Source of the DNA: Gammaproteobacteria bacterium
GTDB lineage: Bacteria > Pseudomonadota > Gammaproteobacteria > Tenderiales > Tenderiaceae
Assembly (NCBI GenBank): GCA_016200485.1
Contig: JACQEP010000010.1
Location: forward strand, 287,644 to 351,643
Length of the DNA stretch: 64,000 nt
Direction of reading: 5' to 3'
Numbering within the stretch: the first letter of the stretch is position 1; each line of letters begins with the position of its first letter. Made by a program: the position numbers and the translations under genes. Shown one piece after another: positions 49,760-59,689 of the stretch. The notes beneath the pieces are model-generated. The model was not told where the DNA came from, did no database searches, and saw only the letters and a program-made list of their open reading frames with translations.

Positions 49760-50029
49760 ATGACTCACATGGTGCAATGCAAAAAACTGAAGCAGGAATT
49801 ACCTGGCCTGGCGCGCCCACCGTATCCCGGGGAGTTCGGCAAAAAGATCTATGAAAACATCTCGCAACAGGCGTGGCAGATGTGGTTGAAGCAGCAGACC
49901 ATGCTGATTAACGAATATCGCCTATCGTTGATCGACCCCAAGGCGCAGACCCTGCTCAAGGAAGAAATGGAGAAGTTTCTATTCGGCGACGGCGGACAGA
50001 TGCCTCAAGGTTACGTACCCCCGAAATAA
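49760..50029 (+). CDS. yggX: Fe(II)-trafficking/oxidative-damage protection protein YggX
   Basis: Aligns to E. coli YggX (…YPGEFGKKIYENISQQAWQMWLKQQTMLINEYRL…). The conserved mutY-yggX pairing is present. Confidence 0.85.
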   Translation: MTHMVQCKKLKQELPGLARPPYPGEFGKKIYENISQQAWQMWLKQQTMLINEYRLSLIDPKAQTLLKEEMEKFLFGDGGQMPQGYVPPK

Positions 50030-50030
50030 T

Positions 50031-50990
50031 TCACGACGCTGCCCCAGGTGCATCCTGGGCGCAGCGAAATCCCACATCCGTGCTTACCGCCGACGGGTCT
50101 GCCTGACCGCGGCGGGCTGCGCGGAAAAAGTAGCTGATCGCATAGTGGCCAACGCCGGCGCCACCGCCTTTAATCACTTTGTGGATGCCGCCATAGAATT
50201 CACTCTTGAAGGTCGCGCCCGGATAGGCTTCATACCAATCCGCCACCCACTCCGAGACGTTACCGCCCATATCCATCACTGAAAAGGGAGAGCGATCATC
50301 GGCAAAACTCCCCACTGGCCGTAACTCAACACCACTGTCATCATTTTCACCGGTATTAACGCGGCTTGAGTCCCAACTCTGACCCCAGGGATATTCCAGG
50401 CCATCCGTACCACGCGCAGCCTTTTCCCATTCGCCTTCACTCGGCAGTCGTTTCTTTTTCCAGCGGCAATAACTGGCAGCGTCATACCAATTCACCGCCG
50501 TCACCGGCAATGGATCGCGTTGACGTTGAATTTTTTCCAGTTCCGCCACTAAGGCATCTTTATCCAGCGCGCGCGTGTCCTGATCAAGATGAAAATACTC
50601 GCGCGCCACCCATTGCAAGGTTTCAATGCGGAAAGAACGCAACTTATCATCGCGCACGTTGTAACCATTTTGCACCCACAGCGCAGGCTCCGCCGTACCC
50701 GTGGCGTGAACAAAAGCCTTGTAGTCAGCATTCGTCACTTCCAGACGATCAATATAAAACGCCTTTAGCTCAACCTTGTGTTGCGGATGCTCGTCCAGAT
50801 ACATCGGTTGCCGAAAACCGAATTCCTCCGTCAACTTGGCCTCATCGACCCGATTACTCCCCATCACAAATTCGCCCGCCGGGATCAGCACCATGCCCTG
50901 CGGTGGCGGTGCTGGTGGCGGCGCTGACTCACACCCCGCCAATCCCAACACCAATGAGCACCACAAAATTACCTGGCGTCGCGCGCGCAT
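50031..50990 (-). CDS. formylglycine-generating-enzyme (FGE/SUMF1/EgtB/PvdO) family lipoprotein
   Basis: Lipobox LAGCES. FGE-sulfatase fold motifs (VTNADYKAF..., RLPSEGEWEKAARG, GGNVSEWV, GFRCA). Confidence 0.8.
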   Translation of the reverse strand: MRARRQVILWCSLVLGLAGCESAPPPAPPPQGMVLIPAGEFVMGSNRVDEAKLTEEFGFRQPMYLDEHPQHKVELKAFYIDRLEVTNADYKAFVHATGTAEPALWVQNGYNVRDDKLRSFRIETLQWVAREYFHLDQDTRALDKDALVAELEKIQRQRDPLPVTAVNWYDAASYCRWKKKRLPSEGEWEKAARGTDGLEYPWGQSWDSSRVNTGENDDSGVELRPVGSFADDRSPFSVMDMGGNVSEWVADWYEAYPGATFKSEFYGGIHKVIKGGGAGVGHYAISYFFRAARRGQADPSAVSTDVGFRCAQDAPGAAS

Positions 50991-52018
50991 CGAAACCCAA
51001 AGCTTTCGTTTTTGGTACGAGGATGGAAGAAACTGCGATTAAAGACCGGCGCCGAGATGCCGCATTTGTAAAATGAACAATCCCACCACGAACCACCTTT
51101 CAGGACTTTATATTTTTCACCGTAGTTTTCCGTGATCCGCTTATTACCGGGATAGGGCTGATACCAGGAGCTGGTCCACTCCCAGACATTACCGGACATA
51201 TCGTAAAGCCCATACGGACTCTTGCCCGACTCGAAGGCCCCCACCGGTGTGGTGTCGCCCTCGACCTTGAGCGCCGCCCAGCGCACCGGCGTATTGGCCC
51301 GCTCAATACTGAATTCATTGCCCCAGGTGAACATCTGCCCGTCCGTGCCGCGCGCCGCCTTCTCCCACTCCTCCTGTGTCGGCAAACGCTTGCCCGCCCA
51401 CTCGCAATAGGCCTTGGCATCATCCCAGGTCACATAGGTCACCGGATGGTCTGCCTTACCCTCAGGGTAGGTGCGATTCACAAAATGACTGGGCGACTTA
51501 TGCTGGGTGGCGTCGTTGAACTGCTTGTACTGGAGATTGGTCACCTCGAACTTATCAATATAAAAGGCAGGCAGGGTTTCTTCATGCTGCGGCCCCTCAT
51601 CAGGCAGGCGAAAATCCGTGCCCATGATGAATTTACCCGCCGGGATCAACACCATCTCATTCGGCTGGGCACCGCGCTTGGTCCCCGGATAATAGATCGG
51701 CAGACTCATCCCAGGCCCCTGTCCCTCGACCTTCTGCGTCGGCTGCTCCTTGCGTACTGCCGACTCCATCTGCGCCAGGGCAGCCTTAAAATTCGCCTTG
51801 ATACCCTTCTCGTTATGGCACTCCAGGCACTCCTTGGCCATCGCCTTCTTGAACAGCTCGGTATTGGCCTCCTGATGGCAGCCCACACAGCCATTCAGGT
51901 CCTCATGATGGAAGCGCACAATCTTTTCAGGCTGGCCAGCGGCCTCAACCCCCATTGCCAAGCTCAGCCCGGCCAATACCGCCACGATCCTCCAACCTGA
52001 CTTCCGCACCCGCCGCAT
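50969..52018 (-). CDS. dihaem cytochrome c – FGE-family fusion protein
   Basis: A signal peptide is followed by two CxxCH motifs (CVGCH, CLECH). After about 100 aa the same FGE fold motifs as the downstream paralog appear (RLPTQEEWEKAARG, GNVWEWT, GFRCARD). Confidence 0.75.
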   Translation of the reverse strand: MRRVRKSGWRIVAVLAGLSLAMGVEAAGQPEKIVRFHHEDLNGCVGCHQEANTELFKKAMAKECLECHNEKGIKANFKAALAQMESAVRKEQPTQKVEGQGPGMSLPIYYPGTKRGAQPNEMVLIPAGKFIMGTDFRLPDEGPQHEETLPAFYIDKFEVTNLQYKQFNDATQHKSPSHFVNRTYPEGKADHPVTYVTWDDAKAYCEWAGKRLPTQEEWEKAARGTDGQMFTWGNEFSIERANTPVRWAALKVEGDTTPVGAFESGKSPYGLYDMSGNVWEWTSSWYQPYPGNKRITENYGEKYKVLKGGSWWDCSFYKCGISAPVFNRSFFHPRTKNESFGFRCARDAR

Positions 52019-52141
52019 CCTTTCCTAACCAGCTTATTGTTTGTTGCAAGGGGCCAAGAGTAACAAAATCACCCTCCCTCAGAAAATCACCATATTACCT
52101 TGACCCGCGAGAGACGAATTGGTTTAATACGCCCTCTTCTT

Positions 52142-52217
52142 GCCCAAGTAGCTCAGTCGGTAGAGCAGGGGACTGAAAATCCCCGTGTCGGTGGTTCGAT
52201 TCCGCCCTTGGGCACCA
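52142..52217 (+). tRNA. tRNA-Phe (anticodon GAA)
   Basis: GCCCAAGTAGCTCAGTCGGTAGAGCAGGGGACTGAAAATCCCC...GGTTCGATTCCGCCCTTGGGCACCA; this is the canonical Phe cloverleaf. Confidence 0.9.
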
Positions 52218-52525
52218 ATTTTACTTCCCATTCCAAAAAACCATGACATCGAAACGGCTATAGATTTCAAGCCGTTATCATTGTCTCGTCTTCAAATATT
52301 AAGCTTCACTTTTCAGTTCCAAGCAGCCATTTTACAGGCCTCACTTACTTGTCCGTGCGGGGAAGGATTATTTGGCCCCGGTGGGCCATGTTTCCGTGTT
52401 GAGCCCACCCTCACTCCTATCGAGCATGGGGGGAGCGACTTTAACGTAAATTTTGGTCTTCACGCGCACCAGCAATCATCAATGAACCATTACCGGCAGC
52501 ATCCATCTTGCATTCGAAAATTCAG

Positions 52526-52564
52526 ACAAAAAAAGACGAACCCCAGATGAGGATGGGGTTCGTC
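52526..52564 (-). terminator. rho-independent terminator of the 52691-64000 minus-strand gene cluster
   Basis: Hairpin gacgaaccccatcctcatctggggttcgtc followed by an 8-nt U-run on the minus strand. Confidence 0.55.
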
Positions 52565-52690
52565 TTCACGAAGACAACTCACAGACTGTAGCTAAACTAT
52601 AAGGGGTAGCCTGTTCTTTGCAAATTGCTTCGAAAACCAATAATCCTTTATTTTGAAATCCTAAACAGGCAATTAACAAAGTCAGGTCAA

Positions 52691-54397
52691 TTATTGCTTA
52701 CGCGACAATCTAAATACCATAGGCAAGCCAAACAGAAACAAGCCAAGGAAATTTAAAGCACCCCCGCCACCTGCGCCGTCACTGCCAGCCGATGCAGCAA
52801 CACTGCCACTGCTTTCAACTGCTGTCGAGGTTGTAGCGCTCGAAGTATCCGGCGAAGTGTTATTCGACTGCGTATAGAAATCCGGAATTTCATAGGTACC
52901 GACAATTGTTTTCTTGAATTCGTCACCCACAAATACCGAAGCAACGTCCATCTGCTGTTCAATCGCACCTAAATCACAGGCAGCTCCGACTCGGCCATTA
53001 CCGAGCTGATCCTGCGTCAACTTACAATCCTGACCCTGATTGATTGCCAAGCTAGTCGACTTCAATGGGAAGTGAGCATTTCCCGGAACACCACTATCGG
53101 CAAGCGTTTCAAGACCAGCGATATTGGCGCCAGTAATAATCAGCGAGCTAGTTCCCTTCAGAGATTCGACTTTACACTCCGTCAAATCACCGATCAGGTT
53201 ATTCCCTGCCACCAAAATCATGCTCGGGTAGTTGTTACTCTGTTTATACATATCAGGACTACGAAGATCCGTATCGTTAAATCCACAATCTGGACCCTTG
53301 GCCGTAGAATCATTACCTGCAATTAGATTGTTTTTGAGCGTGACGATACCCGCATCCGCGTACACGCCGCCACCGCCCTCAATGCCGGCATGATTTCCAC
53401 TCATCGTGCTGTTTTGAATGTCAATCAAACCACCACCATAGAGACTTTCGTCGCCATTCAGTCGCGGCTCAGAGCCATAAATGGCCCCTGCATGCAACAA
53501 GCCATGATTATCATTAAAGGTTGAATTGACGACTAGCAACTTACCCTTGGCGTTCTCTATTGCGCCGCCACAATATGAAGTGTTGCTAATAAATGTGCTA
53601 TCGATAACTTCCATATACCCAATGGAGTTTTCTATCGCACCACCGTCCGATTGCGTTGCCCCTACCACATTGCCGCTATCATCTTTGGTTGGTGAGGTAA
53701 AATTCTTTTGGAAAGTACTACGCTTAATACTTGCGGTACCCGCATTATTAAAAATCGCACCCCCATCGCTATCCCAATTTCTAGTAGTGTGATTGGCCCA
53801 AAAAATGCTGTCACTGACCGTGAGTTTGGCATTAGGACTATTGGCAATAGCACCTCCAGTTGCTGCTGAGTTACTAAAGAACTTGACTGATTCAACGACC
53901 AGCTCACCTTCGTTCTCAACAGCGCCTCCACCAATCTGCTTATCAACAATATTGGAATCCATATAGTAATCGAGCGAACCGCCGCTGAGATTCAGATTAC
54001 GTAGTGTCAGCTTGGCGCTGGCACCAACATGAAAAAAACGGAACTGGTTTTTGGCAGCACCATTTCGTTGCAGCAGCGTCTTATTCATACCCTGCCCTTC
54101 GATGGTTAGCTCACCTTCTATCGGAAACGCTGAGTACACATCACTGCCGATTCCATCCACATCCCCCAACACAAAGGAAGCTTCTGCCATTTTGATGACA
54201 TCCGCGACCGGAGAGGCATTCGCCTTAATCACAGCCTCCTTCAGCTCACCCACGGTAGAGACCGTGTATACCTCAGCATGTACTGACGTTGACATTACCG
54301 CCGCTATCGCAGCCGAAATAGCCGTTAAACCGATCCCTGACCTGCCCCCACGAGCAAGATAATTTAATCCACCCATTACACCCCTCCTGCCTATCAT
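52691..54397 (-). CDS. Pmp-like right-handed beta-helix repeat protein with GlyGly-CTERM-type sorting tail
   Basis: A signal peptide (…VMSTSVHAEV) is followed by repeated GGAI/FxxN beta-helix rungs (GGAIANS, GGAIFNN, GGAIENS, GGAIENA, AGAIYGS). The tail is GAGGGGALNFLGLFLFGLPMVFRLSRKQ. Confidence 0.65.
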   Translation of the reverse strand: MIGRRGVMGGLNYLARGGRSGIGLTAISAAIAAVMSTSVHAEVYTVSTVGELKEAVIKANASPVADVIKMAEASFVLGDVDGIGSDVYSAFPIEGELTIEGQGMNKTLLQRNGAAKNQFRFFHVGASAKLTLRNLNLSGGSLDYYMDSNIVDKQIGGGAVENEGELVVESVKFFSNSAATGGAIANSPNAKLTVSDSIFWANHTTRNWDSDGGAIFNNAGTASIKRSTFQKNFTSPTKDDSGNVVGATQSDGGAIENSIGYMEVIDSTFISNTSYCGGAIENAKGKLLVVNSTFNDNHGLLHAGAIYGSEPRLNGDESLYGGGLIDIQNSTMSGNHAGIEGGGGVYADAGIVTLKNNLIAGNDSTAKGPDCGFNDTDLRSPDMYKQSNNYPSMILVAGNNLIGDLTECKVESLKGTSSLIITGANIAGLETLADSGVPGNAHFPLKSTSLAINQGQDCKLTQDQLGNGRVGAACDLGAIEQQMDVASVFVGDEFKKTIVGTYEIPDFYTQSNNTSPDTSSATTSTAVESSGSVAASAGSDGAGGGGALNFLGLFLFGLPMVFRLSRKQ

Positions 54398-54437
54398 TTT
54401 GAGTTATTGGCCTGCTTTTATAAACACATGCCCACGG

Positions 54438-54755
54438 CTAAAACGCCAGAATCATCTCAATTCGCTTGGTCAGTGCATTGACGTGAAAAATGCCAAACTG
54501 ATTCACGGCCGCATCATCCCTTGGAATCAACAAAATTCCATCGCCACTTTTATTTTCGCTATCTGAGCCATCTCTGGTCCCGAAGTTAACGCTCGGAATT
54601 ATTGGCGCCTCGATTACCTGCGCTCTTGGGTCACTTATAGTATTTATTGAGTACTCCTTGGCCTGCACCGGCATTTCCAGCGCAAACACCCCCACAACTG
54701 TTATGACTGGCAAAACCAGCCATAATTTGGCCTTGCGGCCAAAACACCCCCCCAT
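54438..54755 (-). CDS. hypothetical small secreted protein
   Basis: 105 aa with a signal peptide (MGGCFGRKAKLWLVLPVITVVGVFALEMPVQA) and no recognisable domain. It is spaced tightly between neighbouring cluster genes. Confidence 0.4.
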   Translation of the reverse strand: MGGCFGRKAKLWLVLPVITVVGVFALEMPVQAKEYSINTISDPRAQVIEAPIIPSVNFGTRDGSDSENKSGDGILLIPRDDAAVNQFGIFHVNALTKRIEMILAF

Positions 54756-54835
54756 ACATACCCCCTCATCTTGATCTATTTCGTAATTAAGCCTCTAACG
54801 GGCCATTTTTATCTTTATAATTTATTAATGGTTGC

Positions 54836-55675
54836 TTATTCGCCTGATGAAGCCTGCACAAAATTCGGCATCCCCTTCTCTAATACTCGCTTACTGAAAA
54901 TATTATCCCGCACGCCGACATTAACCTGAACGTCTGTCATGTCGTATACCGCCGACACCTGGCTATTCGATTTCTTTACAACGACGGTACGCCAAACCCA
55001 GGCATCATCGACCTTTTCCCACTTAATGAACTGTTCCTTGCTAACCTGGTTGGTCTTGTCATAATAATCAACACGCCTTTCAAGGCAGGTATCCCAGTCG
55101 CCAGTCTTGCTAAACCAACTCACGCGCTTGCTATAGGTCGGATCGTTCTCTCGCGGCGTACTTTCTACTAAATAAAAGTCTCGCCCCTCATGATTTTTCA
55201 CACCAAGGTATGTGTGGATGTCTTCAGCCAGACCACGCACCCGCAAATCTTCATCGTTGACACCCCAATCCATGTTTTTGGGATCACGCTGCGACACGCG
55301 ACGCACCATGTGCGTTTCCGGAAGATAAACCCACTGATCCGCTGCCTTCCCGCTGCTTTGTGTGTAGGCCCAGCGCATGAAATTAATGCCGCGATTATGG
55401 GGTGGAAACTCAGAGAAAAGAACGGTTTTATCGGTGACATCACCGACATCGCCGTCGTAACTTTTCCAAAAGCGGAAAAATTCATGATTGACACGCTTAC
55501 CTTGCTCATCGGTCAAGGTTACTTTCAGCCGCGAACGCTGATCCTCACCCGCGTATTTGTAATAACAGTGTTTGACAATCTCGTCGCCAGTCAATTCCTC
55601 GGCATGAGACACGACCATACATCCGAGCGCGACCAACGCCGCACATCCGGTTCTAGCTATCGCGTTAATACGCAT
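54836..55675 (-). CDS. LolA-like 'outer-membrane lipoprotein-sorting protein' family (PF17131-like) periplasmic protein
   Basis: A signal peptide precedes motifs recalled for this family: WVYLPETHMVRRVSQRD and a following acidic segment. Confidence 0.5.
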   Translation of the reverse strand: MRINAIARTGCAALVALGCMVVSHAEELTGDEIVKHCYYKYAGEDQRSRLKVTLTDEQGKRVNHEFFRFWKSYDGDVGDVTDKTVLFSEFPPHNRGINFMRWAYTQSSGKAADQWVYLPETHMVRRVSQRDPKNMDWGVNDEDLRVRGLAEDIHTYLGVKNHEGRDFYLVESTPRENDPTYSKRVSWFSKTGDWDTCLERRVDYYDKTNQVSKEQFIKWEKVDDAWVWRTVVVKKSNSQVSAVYDMTDVQVNVGVRDNIFSKRVLEKGMPNFVQASSGE

Positions 55676-55909
55676 ATGATTTCCTCATCTCTTCGCCACC
55701 TTCTGCGAGGTGCGCGTTTTTCCACGCTTACATTATTTTTATAATTATTTTTTTATTTGCATGTCCGCCGCAAAAATGAATCATCTGGTTGTCGGATTTT
55801 CTCAGTATATAGAAACTGATGGGGCCAAAAGATGACTAAAATATGACCAAATGGTCATCTTATGCCGCTTTGTACGCTTACAGGGATTCCCGACCAATCA
55901 CTATTCACT

Positions 55910-57013
55910 TCAAGGTGTTAGGTCCAGAACCGCCTCATCAATTCGAACCGGGGCGTAGTCCTTGGGTGACAACTGGCGCAACAGTTTCTCGGGAACGATC
56001 TGGTACTCCAGCCAGACACGCACTCTCACGGCCCTGGCCATCACTGGCGCGAGCAATTCTTCGCGCCGCTCACCTGGTCGCAAGGTGGTATCAATTATCT
56101 TGTCCAGAGCCCGCATCCCGCCCTCCGAGGCAAGATAGTCATAACGATATACCCGCTCCTCTGCGGCCAGCACCGCCCCGGCAGCGTCTAGAAACTCAGC
56201 CTTCAGCATCAGCTTATTGGGATGAGCACCGCCCGTTGGAAAATGATGCCCCACCGCTTGATTGATAACCGTCACCACAATCTTGCCGGCGACTTGTTTA
56301 AGCTCTAATTTGGCCGCTCCTTTGAGCAATGGAGAATCCGCGTGTCCGCCGGGAAAACGATGAGATGCGTGTTGAGACTGAGCCGAACTGCTACTTGGCG
56401 CACCGTCGATCTTTGGCATATGGCAATCAGCGCATTGCACACTCTGTTCGGCGTATTGACTACCGCGCCACTCTTCATAAGTACGCTCCAACGCAACGCC
56501 ATTAGGCGCGATATCGCGATGACAACCTGCACACAAACTGGAATCAAGAAAGTGATCCCCCTGTTTAGTGAGATGTGGTGCGAACGAATTCTCGCGGCCA
56601 GGACCATAGATGATATTTCGCGAATCGTAACTCAGTTCATGACCATATTGCCCTTCGCGCACTTTGCGTACCGCATGACAGGTGAGACAAGTCACGCCAT
56701 CTTGGCGCTGCGGGCCAGCGCCAACATTAATTTCAGGCGCATGACATCGCTGACAAGCGCGGGGATCTAACGGGGGGTTATTGGTCGCCGTTGCATATTT
56801 CGCCGCCTGACTTTGCCAACGCTTAAAATGGGCCTGGAAATTAGGATTGCTATTGGCGCGTGCCATCCAGGACGTTTGCCATTCTTGATAGATTTGCAAA
56901 TGACAAGCGCTGCAATCGCTACTCTCCGTTACTGCAGTGGCACGCGCCAAAGAGGTCACGAACATTGCCATCAAACCTAGCAACCACGCGCCGCGAACGA
57001 AATAATTGGACAT
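55910..57013 (-). CDS. secreted pentahaem c-type cytochrome
   Basis: A signal peptide and five CxxCH motifs (CSACH, CQRCH, CLTCH, CAGCH, CADCH). The final ~130 aa carry no haem motif. Confidence 0.8.
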   Translation of the reverse strand: MSNYFVRGAWLLGLMAMFVTSLARATAVTESSDCSACHLQIYQEWQTSWMARANSNPNFQAHFKRWQSQAAKYATATNNPPLDPRACQRCHAPEINVGAGPQRQDGVTCLTCHAVRKVREGQYGHELSYDSRNIIYGPGRENSFAPHLTKQGDHFLDSSLCAGCHRDIAPNGVALERTYEEWRGSQYAEQSVQCADCHMPKIDGAPSSSSAQSQHASHRFPGGHADSPLLKGAAKLELKQVAGKIVVTVINQAVGHHFPTGGAHPNKLMLKAEFLDAAGAVLAAEERVYRYDYLASEGGMRALDKIIDTTLRPGERREELLAPVMARAVRVRVWLEYQIVPEKLLRQLSPKDYAPVRIDEAVLDLTP

Positions 57014-57016
57014 TAT

Positions 57017-58846
57017 TTAGTGGTGGCGCCGCCGCGCCATATTCCAGAGCAATAGGCCAGCAGATAACCAAAATTCGGCACCGCCGCCGCCTGCGGCAGA
57101 TTCTGGCGCATTAGTGGAGCTCACCTTATTCGTATTATCTACTTGCCCGCTCTTGTCAGATGGCACAACATTTCCTTGTGACGAAGTAGGGTCCGGGGTA
57201 ACACTGGAACCTGGATTAGGAGTACCGAAAATGCTCTCAAAGGCTCCTCCATTACCGGCAGTGTAGTTAGTAATTTTTTTCTCATCATCCGAAATTGCAA
57301 CCGGGCACACCTGACCAGACGTCACAGTCACATCGTAATATTCAACAGCACCGATTGAACATCGCTGGCTCCGCGATTTTCCCAATTGATCTTTGATTAT
57401 ACAGGTGGCGATATTACCCGCCCCATAAACAGCACTATTAACCGTTTCTATCGGCAGATGCGCACTACCATTGGCCGCAAACGAACGGCAACTCGCCAAC
57501 CCAGGCTTTACCGCCAGCAGATCTGAATTAACCGTCAACATGTGTGGCTGACATACAGAAAACTCCCCCAGCAAGTTGTTACCCAAGGATGTTATCCCGA
57601 TATCGGTATTATAATTGGACAACGCGGTGAAACACTCGCGCCCCTTCGGATCGCTATTACCTGAGATCACGGAATTTTTTAGCTCAACAAATCCCCATAG
57701 CATCGCCAATCCACCACCACCCAGCCCCATGCCACTATTGGGATCGACAAGCACGCCTTCGGAAACATTTCCGCTGACAGTGACATTATTTAGCTTCATC
57801 TGGGATAGTGCAGGATTACTGTATTCCTCACTCGAGTTTGACGCAATAATGCCCCCGCCTTGCCCCATAGTATAGTTACCATAGATCGTTGTATTACTGA
57901 CATTCAAGTTTCCAATGCCGTTGCCTATCCCCCCGCCGCCGAGACGGGAAAAATTGCCAACAAAGCTACTGTCATCAATATCCGCATTCCCTTTTTCATT
58001 AAAGACACCCGCTCCCTGTCCGCCGGTGATATTGGCAGAGAACGTTGAACGGCGGACGATTAATCGTCCTAGAATAGCGGGCATTATTGCCGTGGCACGG
58101 TGTTGTTTATAATGCGCATCGTTATAAATTCCTGCGCCATCGATGGCATAACGCGTCCGGTTATTAGTGATAAGGCTATCTTCAACTTCGACGTATCCGC
58201 CGTCATTGCGAATCGCGCCGCCACAGTTTTCAGATTTATTATCGCGCAATATGCTATTACGCACGAATAATTGGCCTCGAATCTCCGGGCCATTCTCGAC
58301 TTGTCGGATGCCAAGCACATAAACACCGCCACCCGTATCCATCGGGTGATCGTTATTGATACAGCGATCATCGCACGTTGTTGAACCCCCGCGGAGTGTT
58401 AAGCGCTCTAACGTCAGTTTTCCAACAGGCGCCACATGCATAATTCTGAATTTAGGCACACCGGCTGTAGCATCATCCCGTTGAATTATTGTCTGCGCCG
58501 GACCATCTCCCAATCCGCGCAGCGTGACATCTCCGGTAATGGCAGGCAGTGCGTTATCACCCTCGACATGATCTGTAGCCTGAATAAAGGTATAGATACC
58601 TGCTTCAATCTCGATCACCGCGGGCTCGCCCGCCGCATTCGCCGCATTGACAGCATCGATTAACTGCTGCTCTGGCGTTTTAGGATTTGCCAGCACTGGC
58701 ACATGAAATAACGCCGCCGCCTCTACACCACAGGAAAATTGCAGGCACAGCATTGCCACTGATATCACTGATTTTATTTTTGCCGAAGCAGAAATCTCAC
58801 ACTGGCGGTTGCCTTTAAAACTATCCCACTGACAAAACATAGACAT
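57017..58846 (-). CDS. Pmp-like beta-helix repeat protein with GlyGly-CTERM-type sorting tail (paralog of 52691-54397)
   Basis: Repeated GGxI/N-x-S/T rungs (GGAIRND, GAGIYND, GAGVFNE, GGGIGNG, GGGIIAS). The tail is AAGGGGAEFWLSAGLLLWNMARRRHH. The start is set at Met 58846 with a GAGGT RBS; the listed ORF extends to 58885. Confidence 0.65.
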   Translation of the reverse strand: MSMFCQWDSFKGNRQCEISASAKIKSVISVAMLCLQFSCGVEAAALFHVPVLANPKTPEQQLIDAVNAANAAGEPAVIEIEAGIYTFIQATDHVEGDNALPAITGDVTLRGLGDGPAQTIIQRDDATAGVPKFRIMHVAPVGKLTLERLTLRGGSTTCDDRCINNDHPMDTGGGVYVLGIRQVENGPEIRGQLFVRNSILRDNKSENCGGAIRNDGGYVEVEDSLITNNRTRYAIDGAGIYNDAHYKQHRATAIMPAILGRLIVRRSTFSANITGGQGAGVFNEKGNADIDDSSFVGNFSRLGGGGIGNGIGNLNVSNTTIYGNYTMGQGGGIIASNSSEEYSNPALSQMKLNNVTVSGNVSEGVLVDPNSGMGLGGGGLAMLWGFVELKNSVISGNSDPKGRECFTALSNYNTDIGITSLGNNLLGEFSVCQPHMLTVNSDLLAVKPGLASCRSFAANGSAHLPIETVNSAVYGAGNIATCIIKDQLGKSRSQRCSIGAVEYYDVTVTSGQVCPVAISDDEKKITNYTAGNGGAFESIFGTPNPGSSVTPDPTSSQGNVVPSDKSGQVDNTNKVSSTNAPESAAGGGGAEFWLSAGLLLWNMARRRHH

Positions 58847-58853
58847 TACCTCG

Positions 58854-59594
58854 TTAGCGCTTGAGCGGCGGTTGCCGCAGAGCATTCTCGACTTCCTGTC
58901 GTCGTTGTTGTCGAAGCCGGTAGCGTTCCGGGTCTGATTCGCGCAGTTCTAGATCTTCTTTTTCTATTTCTTTAAGTGTCTGCTGAAATTCCAGCTCATC
59001 TTCTTTGCGATCCTGTGCATGACCACGTCGACGTTCTTCGAGTTTTTTGCGTTGCGCTTGGGCACTATCGAGCACATATTGGCGTTGAGCCGAGGGAAGA
59101 TTTTGGAGTCGCAGATTCCAGCGCTCATGCAGGCGAGTTCCCTGTTGCGCAACGCCGGCCTGATTCATGGTGCGGATTACTGCTTCCTGTTCCAGCGACA
59201 TCACTGGCACCAGTGCCGAGGTATCGCTTTTACCTGATGGCAACAAACGAGCACCAATCAGCAGCGACTTGGAATTTGGTTTCTTGCTTGAATATTGATA
59301 AATCGTGTTTAAACCACGGGTAATACGCCGGATACCTTCTTCCAGGGATTCATCTTTGAAATTGGCGCTTACAGTTCGATCGACCGCTGGATCTATCATG
59401 ACTTCAATTCCGGAAACGAACGCAATTCGTGTCATGATTGTCTTCAGTGCAACATCCTGCGCCTGAATGCTCAGCCTGTCCTGCTTGAGATCATAGCGAA
59501 TTTGTGGATTTTGCACTGAAACGGCAGCACTGAGTACGCCGCTCCAAAGCAGGACCCCCACGGCATACAATCTGGATATTGAGCTGATTTTCAT
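58854..59594 (-). CDS. secreted protein with STN-like N-domain and charged coiled-coil tail
   Basis: Signal peptide. The N-domain (DLKQDRLSIQAQDVALKTIMTRIAFVSGIEVMIDPAVDRTVSANFKD) resembles secretin/TonB STN domains. The C-terminal ~80 aa are rich in R/E/Q and predicted coiled coil. Confidence 0.45.
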   Translation of the reverse strand: MKISSISRLYAVGVLLWSGVLSAAVSVQNPQIRYDLKQDRLSIQAQDVALKTIMTRIAFVSGIEVMIDPAVDRTVSANFKDESLEEGIRRITRGLNTIYQYSSKKPNSKSLLIGARLLPSGKSDTSALVPVMSLEQEAVIRTMNQAGVAQQGTRLHERWNLRLQNLPSAQRQYVLDSAQAQRKKLEERRRGHAQDRKEDELEFQQTLKEIEKEDLELRESDPERYRLRQQRRQEVENALRQPPLKR

Positions 59595-59689
59595 GGCTTA
59601 TTTAACGTGACAGCGCGAAGGATCAGAAGCAATATAATATTGCTCAGTTCCTTCGCGCCGCTATGTCTCTGCCTTAGCTTATGCCGATG

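Noticed and set aside
50366-51076. 236-aa + strand ORF across the two FGE-family genes
   Set aside because: It is antisense, with a Pro/Arg-rich low-complexity translation.
52185-52550. 121-aa + ORF beginning inside tRNA-Phe
   Set aside because: It overlaps the tRNA, has no RBS, and terminates in the minus-strand terminator hairpin.
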